Positions 1 to 8,988 of a stretch of DNA of 64,000 bases are shown in pieces (position 1 is the first letter of the stretch; the number at the start of each line of letters is the position of its first letter). The notes beneath the pieces were generated by a model. It made no database searches. It saw only the letters and a program-made list of their open reading frames with translations, and was not told where the DNA came from. Position numbers and translations under genes: made by a program. The stretch is from an uncultured virus (IMG/VR IMGVR_UViG_3300036766_001722) (taxonomy: Duplodnaviria; Heunggongvirae; Uroviricota; Caudoviricetes): IMG/VR virus record IMGVR_UViG_3300036766_001722; one strand, 5' to 3'.

Positions 1-689
1 ACCTTGATGCCGAGGCCTTCTGCGTCGATCGCATCTTGGAGACGCTGTCTCGCCTCGCCCTCGCTCAGCTCCCACAGTCGTTTCACCGAGGGCGCATTTC
101 TCCGTACGCGGCCGTTGACCGCGACAGAAGCGCTCGGGCGCTTGTGCTTCGCTCTCCGCTGCTTCTCGCGCTCGAGCTTCGCGGCATCGCCCTTCATCAA
201 GGTGTGCCGCCTCGCCAAGAGACTGGCGAGGTAGTCATCGGAGAGCGTGCGCACCGGCGGGATGTGATGTCCGACCTTGCGCAGTCGATGCTGGTGCCGC
301 AGCTTCTTCTTGTTCGCCCACACGACTTTCTCCGGGTTCACCGTGAACCAGAAGAGGCCGATCGCGATCACCGCGACGGCGCCCCAGCCGATCTTCAAGC
401 CGGTCGAGAGTCCCGAGTCCTGTACCGGCGGCGGGCTCAGCGACGCATCGGTCGTCGGTGGCGGCGTCTGGCCGAGCTGACCCGGCAGGCGAGCCGGGAA
501 GTTCGCACGCGGGAAGCCAGCTCCCGCGGTCTGGTAACGCATCGGGCGAGACCCGGTCGCCGTCGCGCCGAGGCCCGACATCGCGGCCTGCGTCACGTGC
601 GAGAGCACGGCACGGTGATGATCCTGCCGCGCACCCGCGTAGGGATCGGTCACGCGCGAAGACGTTCCGGGTTTGTTGTGATAGGTCAT
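1..689 (-). CDS. Putative virion membrane protein (MTY start, SGLGA/QLGQ, one TM, basic tail); runs off the left edge
   Basis: Not in the ORF track; translated by hand from ATG at 689: MTYHNKPG...AMSGLGAT...GQLGQTPPP...LKIGWGAVAVIAIGLFWFTV...VAVNGRVRRNAPS..., with no stop before position 1. Confidence 0.8.
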   Translation of the reverse strand, partial: MTYHNKPGTSSRVTDPYAGARQDHHRAVLSHVTQAAMSGLGATATGSRPMRYQTAGAGFPRANFPARLPGQLGQTPPPTTDASLSPPPVQDSGLSTGLKIGWGAVAVIAIGLFWFTVNPEKVVWANKKKLRHQHRLRKVGHHIPPVRTLSDDYLASLLARRHTLMKGDAAKLEREKQRRAKHKRPSASVAVNGRVRRNAPSVKRLWELSEGEARQRLQDAIDAEGLGIK

Positions 690-692
690 CGA

Positions 693-1460
693 TCACCGCC
701 TCGCCGAAGTGCTGCCCGCCACAGACTCATACTCGCGACCATTCCACACTTGGAGATTGCTCCGTGAAACAGGCCCATTCGTGCTGCGTTTCGCTTCCCG
801 CAGTGCGTCGTCGTCGTCGTTTGCACAGATTTCAATCCAGCCGTACGGACCACGATAGCGGTAGCTAACCCAGCCTGCGCTGCACGGGGCACGCAGGTCG
901 CGGATGAGAATGAAGCGATTCGTTCCGGATGCATCGAGACCGCGCGCCCTCGCAGCATCGTAGATGCGATCGATCTGCGCGGGCGTGTAACCCTCCGCGT
1001 CGATTGTTACCTCTCGTCTCCTAGCTTTCACTTGATCCAGAATTTGATCCAGCCTCGTCTCACGACGACGACGCGTGTTTTTCTCCGCCGTCGCCGCCTT
1101 CCCCATCATCCAGAAGATGGCGATCGTGCCCAGCACGATGGCGACGCCGCCGACCCTCGTGATCGTCTCGGGGCTCGCGCTCGGGATCGTGGTCTGCCCG
1201 ACGCCGCCGCCGTGTCCTGCGAACGTGACGCGACCATCGACGCCCACGGTCGCGACGAGCGGCCACGCTCCCGTCAGCCGATGCCCTCGACCATCATCCT
1301 GCGCCGTGATCTCGACGGGCGGCGGCTTCCGCGCCCGTCGCGCCGCTGCAATCGCCGGACGGATCCCTTTGACGAGCCACGGCGCGAAGAGCAGGATGCC
1401 CCTCTGGCTGAGGCTGAACGTGGCCCTGTTCAGGTCGATGTCGTGGCCGTTGACGATCAT
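693..1460 (-). CDS. Putative virion membrane protein (GGVGQ, TM, KNTRRRR, C-terminal modules)
   Basis: 255 aa; TM VGGVAIVLGTIAIFWMM; coupled to neighbours. Confidence 0.8.
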   Translation of the reverse strand: MIVNGHDIDLNRATFSLSQRGILLFAPWLVKGIRPAIAAARRARKPPPVEITAQDDGRGHRLTGAWPLVATVGVDGRVTFAGHGGGVGQTTIPSASPETITRVGGVAIVLGTIAIFWMMGKAATAEKNTRRRRETRLDQILDQVKARRREVTIDAEGYTPAQIDRIYDAARARGLDASGTNRFILIRDLRAPCSAGWVSYRYRGPYGWIEICANDDDDALREAKRSTNGPVSRSNLQVWNGREYESVAGSTSARR

Positions 1461-2941
1461 CAGAGCTGCCTCAGGGACTGCGGCACCACGGCGTAGACCC
1501 CGCCGCGTTCATCTTCCAGCACGGTGTGCTTCTGCCCGTCGATGGAGCGTGAGCCGATCTCCTTCGCGAGAACCGTGACCATCGACTCCACCCAGTCGTC
1601 GCTCGGGGCCGTACGCCACCGGCCTTTCGGTCCCGTGTACTCGAAGGCGTAGCCCTCGATCTCGTGCCATGGATCGCGCCCGTTCCACGCGAGCTGCCGA
1701 GCGCTGACGCTCGACCCGCGACCGTGACGCTCGTACTTCCACGTCTGGCGGTTGAACTTGGCGACGTAGCACCCAGCGATTCGCGCCGGGATGCCGTCGA
1801 TCGTGGTGCGCACGATCGCGCGATCGGCTTCGGCCGCGCTCGGCCCCGTCCAGACGATGGTGTCGCTACCGCAGAGGACCGCGAACGGCTTCGGGATGGC
1901 GCGCGCCTTCTCGCCCTGGTTGCGACGCAGTGGCTTCAGACCGCTGCCACCAGCGCGGCGAACCGAGACCTTCCTGTCGCTGTAGTAGGGATGGCCCTTG
2001 TCGAAGTGAACGAGATACGCGTCATCGCCGTACGACGACGTTTCGACGACCGTGCCGGGAAACCCCCATGCGTCTGAAACGCGGTCTCCCGCGCCGAACG
2101 TACCCGGGTTGCGACGCGTCCGCTTGCGACCGTTGGTCGCCATCCGCCGTGTGCTTCGACGCGACAGCCACCACCAGAGACCACCGGCCAGCACGAGGCC
2201 GCCGCCCACTGCCGCGGCGATCGGCACTGCCGTCGCCAGCGTACGGTCCGCCGAAAACACCGACTCGTTGCTCGGCGCGTCCGGCGGCAGGTCCCCCGGC
2301 AGCGTGTTCTTCGCCAGCTCCGGCGCGCTCGCCGGGATGCCCTCGCCCGTTGGGTAGACGTAGAGGTCAGACATCGGCCACACGCGGTGCACGCGGTAGC
2401 GCACCATCACGATCCGTGCGCCTGACGTGAGCCCCTCCGCCGCCGCCTTGAAGAGACGCGACGCGATGTTCGCGTAGTCGACCGCGTTGTACTGCTTGTC
2501 CGGCTTCCAGACGACGTAGATCTTTCCTGCGTCGCCACCGGCGGCCGTTCCCCACTTCGCAGTCGCGACGTTGGCCCCCGTGCTCTCTAGCACCTGCTTC
2601 ACCGCCGCGGGAACCCGCACTGCTGCCGCCGGATCGATGCCGTGCGGAACGAGTGCCGCATCGAGATACCAGTCGGTGCCCGACGGGCCGACCATGTACG
2701 CACGGACGGCATCCGTGTTCATGGTGGGAATCGCGTCACCGATGCCACGCTGAGCGACGATCGGATTCGCCGGAATGACCCACACCTTGTAACCGTCGAT
2801 CGTGTGAGGCACGCGTGGCGCCACCGCGCGCACGTTACTCGTCGTGCCGACGATGATGCGCCCACCTTCGGGGTGTACGGACACGATGCCGTGCTTGCCG
2901 AGCACCTTCCGCGACAGCTTGTCGATGGTCTTGTCGATCAC
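1460..2941 (-). CDS. Putative virion membrane protein with Asn-delimited C-terminal modules
   Basis: GTG start at 2941 overlaps the upstream TGA; RGIGD motif; TM AVPIAAAVGGGLVLAGGLWWWL; then MATNG, RRNPG, RRNQG and AWNG junctions. Confidence 0.8.
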   Translation of the reverse strand: MIDKTIDKLSRKVLGKHGIVSVHPEGGRIIVGTTSNVRAVAPRVPHTIDGYKVWVIPANPIVAQRGIGDAIPTMNTDAVRAYMVGPSGTDWYLDAALVPHGIDPAAAVRVPAAVKQVLESTGANVATAKWGTAAGGDAGKIYVVWKPDKQYNAVDYANIASRLFKAAAEGLTSGARIVMVRYRVHRVWPMSDLYVYPTGEGIPASAPELAKNTLPGDLPPDAPSNESVFSADRTLATAVPIAAAVGGGLVLAGGLWWWLSRRSTRRMATNGRKRTRRNPGTFGAGDRVSDAWGFPGTVVETSSYGDDAYLVHFDKGHPYYSDRKVSVRRAGGSGLKPLRRNQGEKARAIPKPFAVLCGSDTIVWTGPSAAEADRAIVRTTIDGIPARIAGCYVAKFNRQTWKYERHGRGSSVSARQLAWNGRDPWHEIEGYAFEYTGPKGRWRTAPSDDWVESMVTVLAKEIGSRSIDGQKHTVLEDERGGVYAVVPQSLRQL

Positions 2942-3825
2942 GGCGCAGCCTTTCCAGCTCCCGTGAGCTTTCGGATCGCGGCCTTGCCCCAAGGCGTGAA
3001 CTTGAAGAAGAGGAAGAGACCGGCCGCGCTCCCGCCGATGATCGCCGTGTAGCGGATCGCGTCGCCGATGCCGCCGCCGACGACGTTCGTGAAGTTCGAC
3101 GCCGCCGCGTCGAACGGACCGAGCGCGAGATCATGCTGAAGTTGCGCGCGCTGCGCCGCGCTGCACGGAGGCGTCGCCGTACGGCAAATCGCCTCCGCTT
3201 GCTGCGACGCGTACTCGAGCCGCTTGCTGCTGTCGAGCCAGTAGCTGATCGCGGTGATCGCTGCGGCGCCCAAGAGAACGGCCACGACCACCGCCGCGAT
3301 GATCACCACGGTCTCGACCTGCCCAAGGCCGTGCGTGCCCGACGGCATGCTCGTGAGCGGCGTCATGTTCCGGAGCACCTCGGAGGCCGAGTTGAACATC
3401 GTGCGGGCCGGAAGAACCAGCGCCGACTGCGCCGCCTGGTTCGCGTCGCGTTCCGCGGCGGTATTCACGGTGAGCGTCGCGAGCTGCTTCGCGCGAACGA
3501 CAGCATCGGCGACCTGTCCGATGGTGCCGCCAACGAACTGCTTCAGCTCGTCCCGCGAGAGCGTCGTGAGGTTGCCGCCCTGCGTCTGGATCTTCTGCCG
3601 GAGGAGATCGAAGGCCGGCTTCGAGAACGGGGACTGCCCTCCGAACGTCGCGATGGCGCGCTGCGTGAGCGACTTGAGATCCGTGGAGAGATCCGCGATC
3701 CCGTTCACCGGCCCGGCCGGCCCAGGCGTCGTCGCCTGGCCGAGACCGGCCACGGGCGCACCCGTGCACGCACAGCCAAGCGGCTGCGTCCGACGACGAT
3801 GAGCGAGTGCGGACGTGTAGCTCAC
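2938..3825 (-). CDS. Putative virion membrane protein (MSY start, two GLGQ motifs, two hydrophobic helices)
   Basis: GTGA overlap at 3822-3825 gives MSYTSALAH...; AGLGQ and HGLGQ; hydrophobic VVIIAAVVVAVLLGAAAI and IIGGSAAGLFLFF. Confidence 0.8.
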   Translation of the reverse strand: MSYTSALAHRRRTQPLGCACTGAPVAGLGQATTPGPAGPVNGIADLSTDLKSLTQRAIATFGGQSPFSKPAFDLLRQKIQTQGGNLTTLSRDELKQFVGGTIGQVADAVVRAKQLATLTVNTAAERDANQAAQSALVLPARTMFNSASEVLRNMTPLTSMPSGTHGLGQVETVVIIAAVVVAVLLGAAAITAISYWLDSSKRLEYASQQAEAICRTATPPCSAAQRAQLQHDLALGPFDAAASNFTNVVGGGIGDAIRYTAIIGGSAAGLFLFFKFTPWGKAAIRKLTGAGKAAP

Positions 3826-4793
3826 GCAGCACGTCTCCTGCTTCGACGCACGCGGCGGCGGTTCGAGCGCATCGGTGCGCCGAAGTACTCCTTCTCCTCG
3901 CCGGTCTGCGTGTCGATGACAGAGATGCCCTCGTCGCGCTTGTCGGCGAGGCGTTGCGCCTCGGTGGCCCATCCGGCGTCGAGCCTCTTGAGCACCTTGC
4001 CGCTCTCCGTGCGCAGCTCGTACCGTCCGCTGCCAGGGCCAAAGAAGTTGGCCTTGAGAGCATGCGTCGCGCTACGCAAGATGCGCTCTTCCTCAGCGTT
4101 GAGCCTATGTGCTTCACATGCCTGCGCGACGGCCTGCTCTCGCGAAACGCCAGTGCGATGAGTCGAGCTACGTTCGGCGTGGTGAACATCTGCGAGCGCA
4201 CGCTTGATCTTCGCGCCGTCTACTCCGTTGCGACGCAGGCGACGACGGTTCGCCTTCACCGCTGCCGGCGATGCCGCGGCGGCCGGCTTCTTCGAGAGGT
4301 AGACCGCTCCGCCGATGAGCGCGAGAACCCCAACGCCGATCGCCGCGTACATCTTGTAGTCCGGCGTGCCGGGCGGCGACGTCGAGGCCGCTGCCTGATC
4401 GGCTGCCGCCTGATCCAGCACGGCCTGATCGCCAGGCCCCACCAGCGTGGGGTCGACCGCCGCAGGCGGCGTCACCGAGGCCGGCGAAGTCGAGCCAGAC
4501 GGCGACGCCGTCGCCACCGCGGCGTCGATCGCATTCAGTGCTGCGGTCGTCACGGTGTAGTGGTACGTCGAGCCGACGAGCGCGGTCCTCACCGTCTCGC
4601 CCGTGTACCCGACGCTGCGCGCGGCTGCGCCGAGCGCGTTGATCGTCTGCGGGCCGAAGAAGCCGTCGACGCCCGACGCGGGAAGAAACCCGAGCGCGGA
4701 GAGCTTCGCCTGAAGCGTCCGAACGGCGGCGCTCCGCGTATTCGTCACGACGCTCGTCACCGCCGGAAGCGTGCCTAGTCCGTAGTAGCTCAC
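3822..4793 (-). CDS. Peptidoglycan-binding (PGBD-like) membrane protein with basic, Asn-delimited tail
   Basis: GTGA overlap gives MSYYGLGT; VRTLQAKLSALGFLPASGVDGFFGPQTINAL fits the PG_binding_1 pattern; TM YAAIGVGVLALIGGAVYL; KANRRR, RRNG, KANF, RSNRRR. Confidence 0.8.
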   Translation of the reverse strand: MSYYGLGTLPAVTSVVTNTRSAAVRTLQAKLSALGFLPASGVDGFFGPQTINALGAAARSVGYTGETVRTALVGSTYHYTVTTAALNAIDAAVATASPSGSTSPASVTPPAAVDPTLVGPGDQAVLDQAAADQAAASTSPPGTPDYKMYAAIGVGVLALIGGAVYLSKKPAAAASPAAVKANRRRLRRNGVDGAKIKRALADVHHAERSSTHRTGVSREQAVAQACEAHRLNAEEERILRSATHALKANFFGPGSGRYELRTESGKVLKRLDAGWATEAQRLADKRDEGISVIDTQTGEEKEYFGAPMRSNRRRVRRSRRRAA

Positions 4794-4933
4794 TTCTTCC
4801 TCCGATTCCGACGAGGGCCCTTGCCCTTCTTGAGGTAGTTCGCGATCAGCATCCCCGTTCCCACGAACGGGAAGGCGATCAGCAACATGTACCCAGCCAT
4901 GAGCGGCGCGGGCAGTACGTCGAGGACAATCAC
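4790..4933 (-). CDS. Small membrane protein (47 aa, TM plus RRNRRKK)
   Basis: GTGA overlaps at both ends; MIVLDVLPAPLMAGYMLLIAFPFVGTGMLIANYLKKGKGPRRNRRKK. Confidence 0.65.
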   Translation of the reverse strand: MIVLDVLPAPLMAGYMLLIAFPFVGTGMLIANYLKKGKGPRRNRRKK

Positions 4934-6282
4934 CGACCACCCCGCGTGTTGCGCAGGTACCCCGGGCGCACGCCCGCGCGGCGAGCTGCCTTGCGTGCGA
5001 TGCTGTACGCGATCGCCGAAGCCTGCTCCGGCGACTTCCCGGCGCGACGCTCGATGCCGATGATCTTGCCCATCGTCTTGCGCGAGTAGCCGTGGGGGAT
5101 GGGGTTCTTCTGCGTCCGTCCACTGTACTTGCGCTTGCCGCCGCTGCTTCCGGACCAGTACTCGTTGCCGCGGCCGTCGATCACCAAGGCCGTGGTGACG
5201 CCCTTGTCGAGCCACATCTCCGCAGCGCCGACCGCATCGTCGAGCGCGTCCTTCTCCGTGTGGAACTCGTCCGAGTCCTCGAACACGAGATCATCATCAC
5301 GGAAGCCGGACAGCGTCTCGATCCACGACAGACCGGCCGGGTGACGCATCACGTGGATGACCATGTCGTCGAAGTTGGTCGCGTTGCGCCGAACGCGGCG
5401 CCCGTTCCGCACCGTCAGCTTCTGGCGCGGCTTCTTCTTGAGCATGAAGTACGCACCAGCCGCGACGAGCACACCGCCGCCGATGAGGAACGGCGCAATC
5501 GTGCCCCAGTCCGGTCCCCCGCCAGGCGTCGTCACGATCGTGCCGTCGGGCAGCACAGTCTGCGTGCCGCCGCCGCTAGCGTTCGGCGCCGACTGCAGCG
5601 CCTCCCACGTACCGGAGGAGAACGCGATCGAGTGCTTGTCGGAGGACACCGTGTACGTCGTGACCTGGCCGCCCAGGACGACGTATCGTCCGATTGCCGA
5701 GAGTGCGAGCCTGAGCGCGTTCGCGGTCGCCGTGCCGAACGTGTTGTCCGCGCCGCCCGCGAGTGTGTAGCCCTTGCGGAGGAGTAGCGACTGGACGTCC
5801 GACGTCGGAACCGACTGCCCGACAGTGCCTCCCGAGGTCCGTCCCGCGGGCGCCGTCCCCGACGGCGCCGACGTGGGCGTCCCAGGAGGCGCCGTGGTCG
5901 GCGCGGCGCCCGACGGCGCCGACTCGCCGGGCAGGAGCAACTTCGCGTCCGAGGCAACGCTGCGCTCGGCTGCGCGGATCGCAGTCGTCAGCGCCGCGCG
6001 GCGCTGCGTGGCGGTCCAGCCCGTCGCCGGGAGAAACACCACGAAGAGGTGTCCCATGTCCGACCATCCCGAGCGCACGTAGCCCGCCGGGAACCCAGCC
6101 GCCTGCATCGCGTTCACGATGGTGTTCGGCACGTACTGGGCCTGGACCGGCGTGATGTTGTACGGCGTCAGCGACGTCATGTACTCGCCTGCCGTGGCGC
6201 CGGTGCCGGCCTGATCGATCGCGCCGAGGCCATGACGACCAAAGAGACGACGGATGGGATGGGTGGTCGAGTAGTAGGTCAT
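4930..6282 (-). CDS. Putative virion membrane protein (MTYY, HGLGA, PGBD-like domain, TM, Asn-delimited modules)
   Basis: 450 aa; DVQSLLLRKGYTLAGGADNTFGTATANALR is PGBD-like; TM IAPFLIGGGVLVAAGAYFML; VRNG, RRNA, QKNP, LRNT. Confidence 0.8.
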   Translation of the reverse strand: MTYYSTTHPIRRLFGRHGLGAIDQAGTGATAGEYMTSLTPYNITPVQAQYVPNTIVNAMQAAGFPAGYVRSGWSDMGHLFVVFLPATGWTATQRRAALTTAIRAAERSVASDAKLLLPGESAPSGAAPTTAPPGTPTSAPSGTAPAGRTSGGTVGQSVPTSDVQSLLLRKGYTLAGGADNTFGTATANALRLALSAIGRYVVLGGQVTTYTVSSDKHSIAFSSGTWEALQSAPNASGGGTQTVLPDGTIVTTPGGGPDWGTIAPFLIGGGVLVAAGAYFMLKKKPRQKLTVRNGRRVRRNATNFDDMVIHVMRHPAGLSWIETLSGFRDDDLVFEDSDEFHTEKDALDDAVGAAEMWLDKGVTTALVIDGRGNEYWSGSSGGKRKYSGRTQKNPIPHGYSRKTMGKIIGIERRAGKSPEQASAIAYSIARKAARRAGVRPGYLRNTRGGR

Positions 6283-6288
6283 CGCTCC

Positions 6289-7005
6289 TCAGATCGTCTG
6301 ACCGTCCTCGCGAAGGAGGTCGATGTACTGCTCCCAGGCCTTGCCGCGCTTACCGCCAGCGGGGTAGCAGCCGAGCGAGCCGTCTTCGTGCTTGCTGATC
6401 GTCAGGCCCTCGCGCGCGGCCATCTTCTGGAGATCCTTGTCGACGTCGAGCTTCACCGAAGCGCAGCACACGGTCACGAGCGGCGAGATGTGCTTCACAC
6501 GCCCCTTCTTCGCCTCCTCCGCGTCGTCCCACACCTTGACGCCCTTGATGCCCTTGCGGGAGAAGTGCGTCTCGATCTTCTTCGCGATGTTGCCGCGGCC
6601 CGGCGACCAGTCGCCGACCTCGGGCAGGGCAGTGGCGGCCCCGTTCGTGTGACCGTTCGGGCCGTGATCGTCATCCTCGCCATCGTTCTTCTTGATGGGC
6701 TTCTTTGCGAGGAACCACCACGCGGCGCCGCCGCCGCCGACCACGGTGACGAGCCCGAGCGCCCACACGGGCACGCCGAGCACCTTCTTGGTGAAGAAGT
6801 TCTCGGACGGAGGCGCGGTGTTCTGGCCGAGCGGGATCATCTGAAGCGGAGGCACCGGGGGCAGCGCCAGCTCCTGGCGCTGCTCCGATGTCGCGAGCTG
6901 GTAGCGCTCGCGCGGCACCCCGGCGGGCATCCTCAGCTCCTCGCCCGGGGCGCCGAACATCTCGTCCAGCTCCTGGTCGTCGTACGTGTTCTGTTCGAAG
7001 GTCAT
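6289..7005 (-). CDS. Putative virion membrane protein (PLGQ, TM, KKN, soluble C-terminal domain)
   Basis: 238 aa; TM VPVWALGLVTVVGGGGAAWWFL; GAGGAG upstream. Confidence 0.8.
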   Translation of the reverse strand: MTFEQNTYDDQELDEMFGAPGEELRMPAGVPRERYQLATSEQRQELALPPVPPLQMIPLGQNTAPPSENFFTKKVLGVPVWALGLVTVVGGGGAAWWFLAKKPIKKNDGEDDDHGPNGHTNGAATALPEVGDWSPGRGNIAKKIETHFSRKGIKGVKVWDDAEEAKKGRVKHISPLVTVCCASVKLDVDKDLQKMAAREGLTISKHEDGSLGCYPAGGKRGKAWEQYIDLLREDGQTI

Positions 7006-7045
7006 CTCTCGTAGTCTCCTCTTGGCGCCCCGGTGTCAGCCGCAT

Positions 7046-7714
7046 CTAGTAGATGCGGATCGTCTCTTTCGGCAGCCTCGCATGCCGCCGTGCTGCGTGC
7101 CTGTGCCCGCGGCTGTGCTTCATCGCAGCTCCGCTGTGCCGCTTCGCCGAAGCTCCGGCGGGAACGGAGACCGCCCTGGTCTTGGCCTCCGGCACGGTGA
7201 GCGGGTACTTCCGCTTCGACATGTACACGACCGCTGCGATGCCGATGAGTCCGCCTCCGACGAGCAGCACGGGCATCCACGGGAACGTGCTGCCGCTCGC
7301 CGCCGCGGCGCCCGGTGGCGGTACCGTGCTGTCGGCCGTTGCGGGCGTGATCAGCCCACCGCCGTCGGACGGCGGCGTGCCGACGATCGTCTGCACCTGC
7401 TGCAGCGCCGGTGGCGGCGCGTTCTGGATCAGGTTCATCAGGTCGTCGGGCACGGTGATCGTCGTGCCGGCAACCGAGTAGGGAGGCGCCGTATACCCGA
7501 CGTATTGCGCCGCGGCGCGCATCGCGCTCTCGGTACGTACGCCCCACTTGCCATCCACACCGGTCGGGCCGGCTCCGGCCGCGAGGAAGCCGAGACGCTG
7601 GAGCTGCGTCTGGATGATCCGAACGCCGTCGTCTCCCGTGACGGTGTTCACCGCCGCGGTAGAACCGACGCCGCCGTACCCGGCGAACTCGCCGCCCTTG
7701 CGTACGTAACTCAC
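7046..7714 (-). CDS. Peptidoglycan-binding (PGBD-like) membrane protein
   Basis: GTGA overlap gives MSYVRKGGEFAGYGGVGS; VRIIQTQLQRLGFL...VDGKWGVRTESAMR; TM WMPVLLVGGGLIGIAAVVYM; basic tail. Confidence 0.8.
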   Translation of the reverse strand: MSYVRKGGEFAGYGGVGSTAAVNTVTGDDGVRIIQTQLQRLGFLAAGAGPTGVDGKWGVRTESAMRAAAQYVGYTAPPYSVAGTTITVPDDLMNLIQNAPPPALQQVQTIVGTPPSDGGGLITPATADSTVPPPGAAAASGSTFPWMPVLLVGGGLIGIAAVVYMSKRKYPLTVPEAKTRAVSVPAGASAKRHSGAAMKHSRGHRHAARRHARLPKETIRIY

Positions 7715-8403
7715 GCAGCTCTCCGATAGCGGCGACGACGGTTCGCCGCCACCGCTGCTGCGGGTGCTGCGGCCGGAGCCGCTGCCTTCTTCTTCCCGCC
7801 GCTCAGCGCGAGGAAGCCGAGAAGTCCGACGACGCCGACTGCGCCGACCCCGATGACCCACATAGGGATGCCGCTCACGGTCGACGTGATGCCGGTCGTG
7901 ACCGGCGGTGTCGTGCTGCCGTCTGCCGTGGGAGTGACCGGCGGCGTTGCTCCCGGCGTAGCGTCCGGCGTCGTCGCGGCGGGCGGCAGCTTGATGTCGG
8001 ACGAGTCCACGAACGTGATCGGATTGATGAGCGAACCCTTGCCGCCGGGACGCAGGCCGTCTTCGTTGTAGTCCGAGGTGGCGTCGAAGAACGCGCCCTT
8101 GACCTTTCCGGCCGTCGAGGTCGTGTTCGGTACGATGACCTCGAGATGGATGAGACCGTCTGAACCCCACCCGTTGCCGGGAATGTTGACCGTCCATCCA
8201 GGCAGCCGTGCCCGAATCTTCTGCTTGAGGTAGGGAGGGATCTGCGCCGAGACGGTGCCCACCGTTCCCGACGGCTGCCACGTACCTTCGATCGTCACGT
8301 ACTGCTTGAGAACGCGCGGATCGTTGCGCGGCATCTGCCCCGCGCCCGGGTTCCAAACTGCGTCTGCCGGCCAGTCGCCGACTCCGTGGAGATGGTAGCT
8401 CAT
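7711..8403 (-). CDS. Putative virion membrane protein (MSYHLHGVGD, TM, ANRRRR)
   Basis: 230 aa; Pro/Thr linker; TM IPMWVIGVGAVGVVGLLGFLAL. Confidence 0.8.
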   Translation of the reverse strand: MSYHLHGVGDWPADAVWNPGAGQMPRNDPRVLKQYVTIEGTWQPSGTVGTVSAQIPPYLKQKIRARLPGWTVNIPGNGWGSDGLIHLEVIVPNTTSTAGKVKGAFFDATSDYNEDGLRPGGKGSLINPITFVDSSDIKLPPAATTPDATPGATPPVTPTADGSTTPPVTTGITSTVSGIPMWVIGVGAVGVVGLLGFLALSGGKKKAAAPAAAPAAAVAANRRRRYRRAA

Positions 8404-8421
8404 GGTGATCCGATCCTTTGG

Positions 8422-8988
8422 TCAGGTTGCCGGCCCGCGGAAGTGGCTGAGGAACGCTCGCACCTTCGCGAGCTTCTTCGTGCGCAGCAGCGTGTCCGAC
8501 GACCCCATCGCGAAGTAGTCGGCGTGCTTGGCGGAGATCTTGTACGTCGTGTGGTCGCCAGGGTTGTAGCGGTCGAGGTAGAGACCCTGATGGCGAGCAG
8601 TCTTCTGCAACGACAGGAACGAGTTTCCCGTGTTGCGACGCATGCGACGGCGACGGTTCATGTGCACCGGCGCTGCGCTGCTCGTGACCTTCGACACCGT
8701 GTAGAGATAGACAGCGAGCGAGAGCGCCGACAGGCCGAGGCCGACCTTCGCGAGCGCCTCCATGCGCGCCCCGCGCGCCTCCGCGTCGCTCACCACCGTG
8801 CCGCTTGGCGTCGTCGCCTGACCGAGATAACCGAGGTGACGGTTGCCCAGCACCGGAGGCTCGGTCTGGAAGATGACCGGAGACACGTAGCCGCGATGCC
8901 GCTGCGGCTGACCGTAGTCGGCGAACACCCACGGGTTTACGACGCCCCAGGGCTTGTAGCCGAGCCTTCTGTCGACCGTGTAGCTCAC
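8422..8988 (-). CDS. Putative virion membrane protein (MSYT, YLGQ, TM, MNRRRRMRRNT, C-terminal module)
   Basis: GTGA overlap at 8985-8988; TM VGLGLSALSLAVYLYTV. Confidence 0.75.
   Translation of the reverse strand: MSYTVDRRLGYKPWGVVNPWVFADYGQPQRHRGYVSPVIFQTEPPVLGNRHLGYLGQATTPSGTVVSDAEARGARMEALAKVGLGLSALSLAVYLYTVSKVTSSAAPVHMNRRRRMRRNTGNSFLSLQKTARHQGLYLDRYNPGDHTTYKISAKHADYFAMGSSDTLLRTKKLAKVRAFLSHFRGPAT

Noticed and set aside
7046..8932. 628-aa ORF and other N-terminally extended calls (3822-5123, 2938-3972, 9642-10835, 38334-40058)
   Set aside because: The extensions overlap upstream genes in another frame; stop-start overlaps give more credible starts.
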